Shown here one piece after another: positions 53,856 through 64,000 of a stretch of DNA of 64,000 nt. The stretch is from Podarcis bocagei (taxonomy: Eukaryota). The position numbers and the translations under genes were made by a program. Where the stretch lies: assembly GCA_964188305.1 (NCBI GenBank), contig OZ076900.1, one strand, 5' to 3'. Below the pieces are notes generated by a model that searched no databases, had not been told where the DNA came from, and worked only from the letters and a program-made list of their open reading frames with translations. The stretch's first letter is position 1, and each line of letters begins with the position of its first letter.

Positions 53856-54125
53856 TCACGTGTCCATCTCCTCGTCCCACTTGGCGGCGTCAGGCAACTT
53901 CATGTTTTGTCACATGAAATCAAGGAACATGGAGGCCTGCAGTAACCGGCCCAGCCTCTGGAAGTGCCGTGTATGGTAGGAGAGACTCCACAGCTGCTTT
54001 GATCCCTTCGTATTGCAAGAGGCTCTCTGGCGTCTCATGCTTGAGGAGGGTTTCCACCACTGCCTGAGCCTCGAGGTAGTTCCGCGAGTTTGTGTTCCAC
54101 ATGATGGAAAACTTCAACACAGCCT
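53856..54125 (-). pseudogene. TBL3: TBL3 (UTP13) C-terminal fragment, disabled
   Basis: Reads AVLKFSIMWNTNSRNYLEAQAVVETLLKHETPESLLQYEGIKAAVESLLPY, then after a frameshift RHFQRLGRLLQASMFLDFM*QNMKLPDAAKWDEEMDT*. WNTNSR and LLPYT-RHFQRL are Utp13-domain signatures. Intact acceptor (cttcttccag) upstream. Confidence 0.85.
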
Positions 54126-55008
54126 CTGGAAGAAGCGGTTTGGGGAAGACACGTCAGGAAGGAGTGCAAGTTGCAGGCAGCGTGGCCACCTTGAACCAAC
54201 ACACCTCTCTTGCGAAGCGTGGCCAGGTCTGGGCACACATCTGACCTGCGCCTTTCTTCAAGGCAGGGAAGCAGATCCAACACCCCTCCCCCCCAGTAGA
54301 AACAATTAATGATGCGAGGGGTGACTGAGTTTATTCCAGACTACATGGCTTGCAGGAATGGGTTTTATAATATTTATAAAAGTACAACAACAACAACAAT
54401 ATGCATTATAATCTCTGCTCTAGTATTACAGAGCTGGTGGAGCTAATCTGAGGCTGTATACACACCATACATTAAAAGCATTATCACTTCTCCCCTGTAA
54501 GAATCCTGGGAACTGTAGATTACCCTTCTACCGCATAGCTACAATTTGTAGCACCCTTTACAAACTGCAATTCCCAGGATTCTTTGGGAGAAATGTGCTT
54601 TTAATGCCTGTTTTTCCTGCAACAGGCATGCTCAGCTACCCCTCTGGAAGCTCAATCCCACAGAAAGCTGTGACGGCCACCAACTTGGATGGTTTTATGC
54701 AGGAAATGCTATCAATGGCCACTAGGCACGATGGCTATGCTCTACCTCCACAGTCAGCGGCAGTAATGTTTGTGAACAGTAGTTGCTGGAAGATGCAGGA
54801 AGGGAATACAGAATGCTCTTGTTTCCACAGGCCTCTGGTTGGCCACTGTGAGAACAGGATGCTGGACTAGACAGGCCAATGTGGCCTCATCCAGCAGGCA
54901 CTTCTTATGTCCTTACGTGGTTCAAGGGTAGAGATTGTGAGAAGGCATCTTCCAAAGCAATCCCACCCTGCAAATAGCTTTGGAGCCTTCTTGCCTCTAG
55001 CCTAGCCC

Positions 55009-55332
55009 TCACCCCTTTTCCTGTTCCCGCTGGAGTCTTCTTTTGCTTGCCATGCTGCGGGCTCTCTTCCGGCCAACGCTGCCAATGACAGATCTTAAAA
55101 ACTTGGGGTCGGTGAGATTCGGCAATCGCAGCACCTTGCGTCTGCTGGACCTCCTGAGCAGAGCGGGTTGTGTCTTGCTCCTCGTGAAGTAGGGTGAAAT
55201 GTGAGGAGTGTTGCAAGCCGGTGCAGAGGCAGAAGGTCTGGCCGAGATGGTAGAGCACGGCTTCTCTGACAGGGGCTTCTTCCTAACCCAGTGGAACACC
55301 AGTATCATATGCCTCTTAGATGGGTTGGACAT
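55009..55332 (-). CDS. Hypothetical 107-aa basic protein (unrecognised)
   Basis: ATG with A at -3; 26 K/R versus 4 D/E; CpG-rich relative to flanks; no recognisable repeat. Confidence 0.3.
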   Translation of the reverse strand: MSNPSKRHMILVFHWVRKKPLSEKPCSTISARPSASAPACNTPHISPYFTRSKTQPALLRRSSRRKVLRLPNLTDPKFLRSVIGSVGRKRARSMASKRRLQREQEKG

Positions 55333-56139
55333 GCTGAAGAAGGTGCTGGAGGCCCAAAGACCAGGGTGACTTCAAAGCGGAGGATGCAGCAGGCAGTTCC
55401 CTATCAATGGTGCCAAATCCAAGCAAATGTTAGCTCCAGTACTGTTAAATCGATCCAGCAATTATGAACGTTAAAGAAGGGATTAATTCCTCAGGCAGTA
55501 GGAAAAGACTTTCTGTGGCTTTTTAATAGATGGGAGCCCCCAACTACTGCCACTGTTGACAGCCTGTTGCCCCTTCACTCTGCTTGAATGGGTTATGTCA
55601 TAATGGTTCCTTCATCAGGTGTTTGTGAGCATGAAAATGCTGTTGGGAGTTTCAGCAATGAAGGCTCAGGCATAACATAGTTTGAAAGTCTGAACATTTC
55701 CTTTTTTTATTTAACAAAATGTATATACCACTTTTATCATTTATATACAAATTATTAGAAGAGTAAGTTAAAAATATACTGTAGTTTATTCACTTATAGG
55801 CTAGTTTCCATACTTTATTCCTTCTTATACTTCTATCCCACCTTTCCTCCACAGAGCATACACACTTCAGCCTCCACCTTCTCCATTTTATCCTGACAGC
55901 AATATTGTGAACTAGGGCCATAGCTCAGTGGTAGAACAACTGCTTAGCATGCAGAAGGCATCAGGTTCAGTCCCCAGCATCTCCTGGTGGGACTGGGAGC
56001 GCTCCCTCTGCGCTTCGGAGGCTTCGCGTTGCTATCGCTGAAGCCAAGGAGCCTGCATTTGCTCCATAGGACGCACACACATTTCCCCTTAATTTTGGAG
56101 GGGGAAAAGTGTGTCTTATAGAGCGAAAAATATGGTATA

Positions 56140-56782
56140 TCCAAAACCCATGTAAGGGTGAGAAAAACATAAATTTTACAGCGTGTGACCTATTAAGGGA
56201 GAACTACAGAAAAATTCATCATAGATGGTACTTAACTCCTGACAGATTGTCAAAAATGAATAAAATGAACAACAATAAATGCTGGAAATGTAATAGGACA
56301 AAAGGCACATTATACCACATGTGGTGGACTTGCTCAAAGATTAAAACCTTTTGGGACATGATCCACGACGGGATAAAAAAATTTATAAGGGCATCACACA
56401 ATAAAAAGGCAGAGGCATATCTACTAGGAATTCTTGATAAAGATATCCCAAAGGATAAAACTAACATATTCTTATACAGTGGTACCTCAGGTACTTAATT
56501 CGTTCCGGAGGTCTGTACTTAACCTGAAACTGTTCTTAACCTGAAGCACAACTTTAGCTAAAAGGGGCCTCCTGCTGCTCCCGCTCCGCCAGAGCACGAT
56601 TTCTGTTCTCATCCTGAAGCAAGGTTCTTAACCTGAAACACTATTTCTGGGTTAGCGGAGTCTGTAACCTGAAGCGTATGTAACCTGAGGTACCACTGTA
56701 CGTGACAACAGCGGCAAGAGTTTTGATTGCTAGCTATTGGAAAAAGGATAGCATTCCAACAAAAAGAGAATGGCTGCGAAAA
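56140..56782 (+). mobile_element. L1 ORF2 C-terminal fragment interrupted by a Tigger-like MITE (56477-56698)
   Basis: HRWYLTP...KCWKC...YHMWWTC...IFLY[MITE]VTTAARVLIASYWK...EWLRK. Confidence 0.85.
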
Positions 56783-57119
56783 TGGACCTCCGGAACGAAT
56801 TAAGTACTTAACCCGAGGTACCGCTGTACATGAAAAGAATGTGTGCTTTTATTTAAAATGCACCTCTGGAATATTTGTGGGGCATAGGAATTCGTTCATC
56901 CCCCCCAAAAAAAATATAGTCCAGCCCCCACAAGGTCTGAGGGATAGTGGACCAGCCCCCTGCTGAAAAAGTTTGCTGACCCCTGGCTTAGGGCCTCATC
57001 AAACCTAAATCCAGCCCTGCTCACAGGGTTGTTGTGGGGATACTAAATGAGGAAGGGAGGACCATGCGCCACATCGAGCTCCTTGGAGGAAAAGGCGGGG
57101 GGCTGATGCAGAGCATTTA

Positions 57120-57780
57120 AATAAATAAAACAAGCCTTCGGGAAAAAGAAGCACAGAGCGAGGCGGACCCAAAGCACGGGTGCCCAAAGCAGCTGCCGGG
57201 CAGAAACTCATCCAGGCGCTCCGCCCAGCCCGTGCGCCCTCCTCTCCAGAGCGCGAAGGTCCTTGCGCCTCGCCGTCGTGGAGAGACTTCGCGGGCCGCC
57301 GAGGCAAGAGAGCGCCGAGCTGGGGCGCTGGGCTCTTCCTGTCTCCCGATCGCCGGGAAGGGAAGGAGGGAGCTGGAGCCGGGAGCGCCCCGGGAAGAAC
57401 TCCTCGACGGAGGCGGGCTATGGAGGGCGCAGCCTCCGTCTCCTCCGGCCGGGAGTAGCCGCCGAGCCGGCATGGCCCTGTCCGGCTCTTCGCTGGAGCT
57501 GCGCCTGCCGCTGACTCGGATCTCCGAGGCGGAGATGGAGCTCTACTACCGGCTCCTGCGAGCCGCAGTCAGGGCCGAGTCCTTGGCCGCCGCCGGTAAG
57601 TCGCCGCCTCTGGCCGGGCAGCAACAGCAGCTGCAATGCAGCGAGGGTCGGGGGCGGGTGTCCTCCCTCTGCCCGCTCCGCTGCCATTTCTACCGGCGAT
57701 CTCCCTCTCCCCCCCCCCCCCCCGCCCTCGCCAAGGCACAGAAGTTACCCCGCGACGGGGGGTGGGGGAGTTACAGAGGG
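57120..57780. promoter_or_regulatory. CpG island promoter
   Basis: Very high GC and CpG density around a first coding exon. Confidence 0.85.
57472..57595 (+). CDS. MCF2: First coding exon MALSGSSLELRLPLTRISEAEMELYYRLLRAAVRAESLAAA, probably the long isoform of MCF2 (Dbl RhoGEF)
   Basis: ggcATGg Kozak context; strong donor CG|gtaagt, phase 1. Identity is inferred mainly from the conserved co-oriented ATP11C-MCF2 gene order; no further exons recognised in the window. Confidence 0.55.
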
Positions 57781-58542
57781 GCTTCTCACGGACCCCCTCT
57801 TCCCTCCCAAAGATGGGCTGCATCGGTACAGCATTCAATCTGCTAATAATAACATTTTGGGGGATGGACGCATGAGGGTTGCCAACTGACCTGCCTTGCG
57901 TCTTAAAGAAGGGTCGAGTTGCAAAAATCAGCAGGTGCACCGGTGCCCTTCCTCACTCAGGCCCCTTCGCTCCATGGAGATAACCGTGGTTTCCTCTTGC
58001 TGGTGCATGCAGAGCAAGTGAGGGCAATTGAGAAGTTGGCAATGCTATGTATTCACTGGTGGGGCTTCTTTCTGTGCATACAAGGACAATCTACAGGTGT
58101 TGCAGCCTTGGAGGGAGGAGCAGCTTCCATTCTGATGGATGCAGAGTGCTGTGAACAGAAAGGGATGAGGGACTTTAGGCCTAGCAGCCAAATGTGGCCC
58201 CCAAGACACTCAGACTGGTCCTCTAACTCTCCCTGGACCACCCTTTTTAATAGCCATGCTCTGTGCACCTTCCTTGAGTTTTCTCTAGCTAGAATGTGAC
58301 CTTGAACTGGAATCTAGGAACGCAAACTCCTCATACCGAGTCAGAAGCGTTGGGCCATCTAGATCAGTATTGCCTACACTGACTGGCAGCAGGATTTCAG
58401 ACAGGTTTTTCTCCCAGCTCTACCTGGACGTGCTGGGAAGATGCTGCTGCTGCTGCTGGTGGTGGTGGTGGTGGGTGGGTGTGTAAACTAGCCTACTCTA
58501 CTAAGGATAATAGTAGTAGTAGTAGTAGTAGTAGTAGTAATA

Positions 58543-58783
58543 CAGTGGTACCTCGGGTTACATACACTTCAGGTTACATACACTTCAGGTTACAGACTCT
58601 TCTAACCCAGAAATAGTACCTCGGGTTAAGAACTTTGCTTCAGGATAAGAACAGAAATCGTGCTCTGGCGTCGCGGCGGCAGCAGGAGGCCCCATTAGCT
58701 AAAGTGATGCTTCAGGTTAAGAACAGTTTCAGGTTAAGAACGGACCTCCGGAACGAATTAAGTACATAACCAGAGGTACCACT

Positions 58784-58784
<1 letters not shown>
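58543..58784. mobile_element. Tigger-like MITE flanked by (TAG)n and (TAA)n
   Basis: Perfect CAGTGGTACCTC TIRs; TA TSD. Confidence 0.88.
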
Positions 58785-58834
<50 letters not shown>

Positions 58835-61167
58835 TGTACAAATGTAAAACTTACATTTGTTGTCCTTCCCACTTTTTTTCTGGTTCCACCCAGCGCTGGC
58901 AAGTGGCCCTTTGAAAGCTGCCAAAAAGGGAATGTGATCCTCAATGTTCTTCTCCCACTATGACATCTTAGCATTTTAGGAATGTGAAAGTCCTGAAGCA
59001 AGTAGTGTATCCTACTCATTCAGTGACTACCTTCGCTGATAGATCATTCTGGGAACTGGGCAGGGATGGGTGGTCTAGGGACGCCTTGCGTCCAAGTGGC
59101 CCACAGCCCCCAACTCCTTCAGTAGCCCTCTTTCACTACCAGCAGATGAATGGATTTGGCCCAGAGGCTGATAGTTCCCAACTCCCTTGTCATTCCAACA
59201 TTTGTTCTGCAGTGGGGGGGGGGGGGCTTGCAAAATCTCCAGCAATCATCACTGGCTTTGGGAAATAAGGATGTATGTGTTCCTGTGCAAGTGAGAAGTT
59301 TGGGGGACCCTGGGCCACAACCATTGGTGTGCAGCCTTGCTGGTGGTTCAGTTTTCTATGTGTTCGGTTGGGAATGACCCCCCCCAAGCACCTGAAACCC
59401 CAGAGAGCCACTGACAGTGTAGACCTGGGGTGGGCTGCTGGCCCATAGGTCACTCTTGACCTGTTTGTGGTTCTGTTTGGCCCATAAGGCCATTAACCTC
59501 CCACCCACATCCATTTGTCAATCAGCTGACATCACTGGGTCACATCAGTTGATGGATGGGAGGCAGGGGTTTAATGCAGCTTGGTGCATCTTCTCCAATG
59601 TACAGTATTACCTGCAGTGAGCACACTGGGGAAGCAGACCACCCACCCCATGAATTAACTCTGACAGGTAGGAGGGACCATTCACTTATGGTGTCACCAT
59701 GATCTCAGGTGGCTGGTCCCACCCAGCTGCCAAAGTGGACCCTCTGATCTGCTGGGCCAGAAAGATTCCTCATCCCTGTTGTAGTTGTTTGGTGTACTAA
59801 TGGTTTGAGTTGGATTGAATGAAGCAGCTACCTGTGTACTGTACTGGGGCTGCAGCTAGGTGGTTGAGAGGGCCCAGGTTCAATTCTCAACATCTCCATG
59901 TAGGGCTGGTACATATCCCCTTCCTGTTGACTGAGCTGCTAACTCCCTCCGTAGTCCACAGCTGTGAACTGATTCATATACGCATGTAAGTGCGTCGTGT
60001 GAATGTGTGAACAGACTCATGTGTTGGTCACTGGGAGTTGGGGTCTCCCAACATCTGGAGGGTCACAGGCTCCCCACCCGTCCTCTAAAGAGAGATCTGC
60101 TTGCAGCCATCAAAACAGTACTCTGATCATGGGTGGCTTTGGGGAATCATAACATACCTCCCTGGGAGTCGGTAGCAATTAACCTGAAGCAGCAACATTG
60201 ACCTTAAAAGCAGGTGAATCAAGCTGTTGGAAATGCTGGGGCTTGTTCTGGAGCAGGTGTGGCAGTGAGACATGTAAACTGCTAGAGCAGGTGACTTGTC
60301 AGGCTGCATCCTTCTCGGTGGGAGAAAGGATGCTGTGGTGGAACTTGGGCAATTGCGAAAGGATGTAATGCAAGCAGCTATCGACAAGAACTGGGTTTTT
60401 ACTCTAGCAAACAGCAGCTGAGTGAGGTTTGTCCAGAGGCTGTACTGTTTCAGGCTGCAGGTGCTGGCTTGCATTGTGAAATGCTCATCCTTCACACAAC
60501 ATTTTCCTGCATGGAGGAGAAAAGCAACAACAGTGCGCCACAGGCTTCCTTGCTTTCTATCATGCAATTGTATAAGCTCTCGAGTCTGGTGCGATGCTGT
60601 CTGCCAGACACAGGTCTGCCACTTCAGCTGCTGTTTGTAAGAAGGAGGCTTTCGTGCAGGGAGGGGAAATCTCCATTCCTCTGGCCCTGGGAGGATTCCC
60701 ACCATGACCCTATTCCTCCTCAGCTTCCTGATGGCAGGCATGAGGGCTTGACCTGGCTCACTGTGCTATTCAGTAGTAAATTTAGTTGGGGTTTCCTAAC
60801 CATGAAAGTTGAGAAATTATGTTATCTCTGTGTGTGTTTTGAGCATTCTGAACTATTGTATAAATATTGTTCTGTTTATGGTAAAACTGACCTAATTTTA
60901 GATGTAGACATAGTAATAATAACAATTTTTCTTACTGTGTTTTTTGCACTATCAGGAATGGGGAACCTCAGACCTAGGGGACAAGTACAGTCCTCCGAGT
61001 CTCACTCTCTGGCCCTTAGAAGCCTCTTGGGGCCACACCCCTCATCCTTCTCACTTCAAACCCTCCCTGAGTGTTTTTGCCTGGGTGGAATGTGTCCTTG
61101 AACTCTCATAATGATAAGGCTTCTTGCTTGCCTTTAAGAAAAATACAGAAATAAGTGTGCTGAGTGT

Positions 61168-61745
61168 TGTCAGGAGCCAAGTGGGCAGTAAATCACACTG
61201 TGCAAGTTGGAATTAACTCTTCATTAGCAAAAACATGATCTTCACAGATGTGGCAGAGTGTCAGGCCTAATGACCACAACAGCTCACCCCTGGTAGGTTT
61301 TGTCCCATGGATCAGTTGCTGAGACTGAAAGCTCCCCCCCTCCCCAGCTGCCTAAGTCCTCTCCTCTCCAGGGGTTTCCCCAGGCAACCTGAGACTGCGC
61401 CTGCATGAAGCTAACTTCTCCTCCACCCTTTTCATGCCTCTTCTGGTTCTGGGACAGAAGTGGGGAGGAGATCTTGTTGCAGCAGGAGGGGGAGATACCC
61501 GTGGCTCTTCTCCAGCCAGACTCATCTCTGCCTCTTGGCCTCCCTCCTCTCCTGCTTCAGCTTCTGCCTCTGATTCTGGACTTCTCTCTGCCATAGATTC
61601 TCTCTGCTCACTAAGCCCTGCTCCCCCTTCAGCTTTTTACACCTCCTCCCAGTCTTCTCCATCTGACCAGTCATCATTGTCCCACCACCAATCCCTGGGC
61701 TCTGGTCTTCCCAACCACTCTTCTATGTCCAACCGGTCCATGACA
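61168..61745 (-). mobile_element. Probable solo LTR (Gypsy-like)
   Basis: TGTCA...TGACA termini and purine/pyrimidine-skewed interior; no TSD found. Confidence 0.45.
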
Positions 61746-62571
61746 AGCAAAGCAGAAAGTAGCCTGCTCTTTAAAGCTCTGGTTCACATTCATTGCTCCA
61801 CCCATTTTTACCTCTGACCCCACCCGCCTCTGGCATGTGGCCCTTGAAAGGTTGCCCAGAAGGAAATATGGCCCTCAGGTTTTTGCTTTCTGTCCTTGCT
61901 TATTCTCTTCCTGGAGATATCTGTTTCTTGGGCCACTGTGGAGAGCACCCAATGAAAGGAAAATGATTCAGTGGCTGCTATTATTATTGTGCTGCTATAA
62001 CTTTTTAAGCTTATTGTAAATGCAGGAACCTGCCTTAGACCAAGTCAGACCATGGGTCAAACTAGCTCAGTACTGTCAACACTGGCTGGCAGCATCTATC
62101 AAAGATTTCAGGTAATGTCTTTTGGAGAAGCTGGCGTTTGGACCAGGGATCTTCAATATGGAAAGCATTCTCTTCACCACCGAACTATGGATATTCTTAA
62201 TGAACTCCGTATGCTGCCTTATCTTGACACAGACTGTGGGCCCTTGTATTGTCAACACTGGTTGGCAGGAGCTCTGCAGGCTTTCCAGCCCTATTTGGAC
62301 ATGCTGGCGACTGAACCTAGGATTGATCCTGGGACTTTCTGACTGCAAAGCAGAGGCTCTGTCACTGAGCTTCATCCCTTTCCCAACTAAACCAGAGTTG
62401 GGGGATTCTGAGTGATGGGACCCCCTTTGTGGGTCCCCAGGACATTTGCCTGGCACCACCATTGCTACCTTTTAGGTGTCTGCTGAAGCCAATTTTGCTT
62501 TTCTATGACTAATGCTGTCTTTCCTATTAAACTCCCCAACCCCCTAATTAGCAGTTTTTTCTGGAGTGTGA

Positions 62572-62815
62572 CCAGTGTGGTGTAGTGGTTAAGAGCGGTA
62601 GACTCATAATCTGGTGAACCGGGTTCGCATCCCCGCTCTTCCACATGCAGCTGCTGGGTGACCTTGGGCTAGTCACACTTCTTTGAAGTCTCTCAGCCCC
62701 ACTCACCTCACAGAGTGTTTGTTGTGGGGGAGGAAGGGAAAGGAGAATGTTAGCTGCTTTGAGACTCCTTTGGGTAGTGATAAAGCGGGATATCAAATCC
62801 AAATTCTTCTTCTTT
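62572..62815 (+). mobile_element. Squam3-like SINE
   Basis: Near-identical to 15608-15862. Confidence 0.82.
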
Positions 62816-63689
62816 TATTACTGCATGATTGGTCTTTTAAAATGCTGCTTCTTGAATATTTTATTTAGTTGTATTTATCACCACACCTCTATTCTACCCA
62901 ATAAACAAGGCGCAAGGTTTTGCTTTTCGTTTGTTTGTTTTTGTGTTCGAATTACACTTTGCTGCTTTGGAAGCCTGTCTCTATCCTAAAAAGTGTTTTT
63001 AAAAATAATTGTAAACACATTTGATTTAATACTTTAGTATGGATACACTCTGTCCAGATTTAGACTGCTCCATATGGAAATATGATGTGATTTCTTGTAG
63101 TCCTACCTTTTTAAATCCCCCCCATCTTCCAGATTGCCCTTCTAGATTATTTTGTCTCTCCACCCACCCTGCCCCACTGCAAAAAATATTTTATCCAAAG
63201 CTCATAGCTGTGCATCCTATTAAAAATAGATGCTTCAGATGCCGTTACAGAGCTTTCAGAATATAGGGCAACAACGTCCCAAAAGGCTTTGAATGCTTTC
63301 ATAAGCTGAAGAGAGTGTTTCAAGGAGAGAGAAGCAGATTGAAACAGCCATACTGGACGTTTAAAACCCTACACATGTCACACCAGAATTAACTGGTGTG
63401 GTGGGTCCCAGCGTCCTAATTGTTTACTGTAATAATTATAAAAAGTGACAGCAGGTGTGTGTTGGGTAGAAAGATTTGTTTTGGATTGTAAATTGGGAAG
63501 TAGGGAGTGCCATTTAATTCCATGGTCCCTGTATATCTGCTTTTATTGCTAGTGTGTTTTAGGATCATTTCTTCATTTCAAATATTTGGACCCTTTGGCT
63601 TCTAGGAATAGGATTTTATGGTTCTCCGAAGAGTCCCCACTGTCACCCTTAACAGCCCAAAAGGCACAAAAGGAAACAGGACTAATAAT

Positions 63690-64000
63690 AATAATAATTT
63701 TTATTTATACCCCACCCTCCCTGGCCAAAACCGGGCTCAGAGCAGCTAACAGCAAACGTATAACACATTAACATAAAATCAGGCAATCAATTAAAATCAG
63801 ATCAGGATCAGAATAAAATCCAATCAGATGGCAACCCGCAGTTTAGGGTTGGGGACCTTAAATGCTCCCCAGGCCCAGCTGTTTGTGCTGAACTTATATG
63901 AGCCTGTGAGAAAAACTGGGAGGTCACTTTCATGCAAGTTCTTATGAAAGGGGAGAGGGAGTCAGACTGAACCCCGACCAAAGGCCTGTCGGAACAGCTT
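63690..64000 (-). mobile_element. L2-type LINE 3' end
   Basis: Minus-strand tail with (ATT)n and gggtggggtataaataaa. Confidence 0.55.

Noticed and set aside
55917-55990. tRNA-like sequences (also ~4595, ~18060, ~18241, ~42050)
   Set aside because: Degenerate SINE heads without a complete cloverleaf; not tRNA genes.
57232-57846. 204-aa ORF and overlapping long ORFs on both strands
   Set aside because: Stop-poor CpG island; only 57472-57595 has a Kozak ATG and a splice donor.
60127-61101. Overlapping 204/210-aa ORFs as possible MCF2 exons
   Set aside because: No Sec14, spectrin or DH motifs and no convincing splice boundaries; probably repeat-derived.

Overview
Eukaryotic, intron-containing vertebrate DNA, almost certainly a squamate and most likely a lacertid lizard, judged from Sauria/Squam-type SINEs, CR1/L2/L1/RTE LINE debris and Tigger-like and hAT MITEs. 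The ORF track is mostly noise, so genes were reconstructed by hand from splice sites. (1) 198-38.8 kb, + strand: the 3' half of the P4-ATPase flippase gene ATP11C. It has 14 phase-consistent constitutive exons, three recognisable alternative C-terminal exons (VTRRLPSSG..., ...SVRPLL..., ...LLSYK...), a candidate fourth one, and a ~3.4 kb 3'UTR. (2) 43-55.4 kb, - strand: an unexpected block of gene pieces: an intron-retaining, internally deleted CENPE-like kinesin copy with its CpG promoter, a disabled TBL3 C-terminal fragment, and an unexplained 107-aa highly basic ORF. (3) 57.1-57.8 kb: a CpG island with a + strand first coding exon, probably MCF2 by synteny. Also notable are a hAT (OC1/Charlie-like) element with perfect 8-bp TSDs carrying CpG-rich cargo that resembles a captured first exon, and a Sauria SINE with an 80-bp target-site duplication. 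No prokaryotic-type system is present. Gene identities come from remembered protein sequences, not from database searches.
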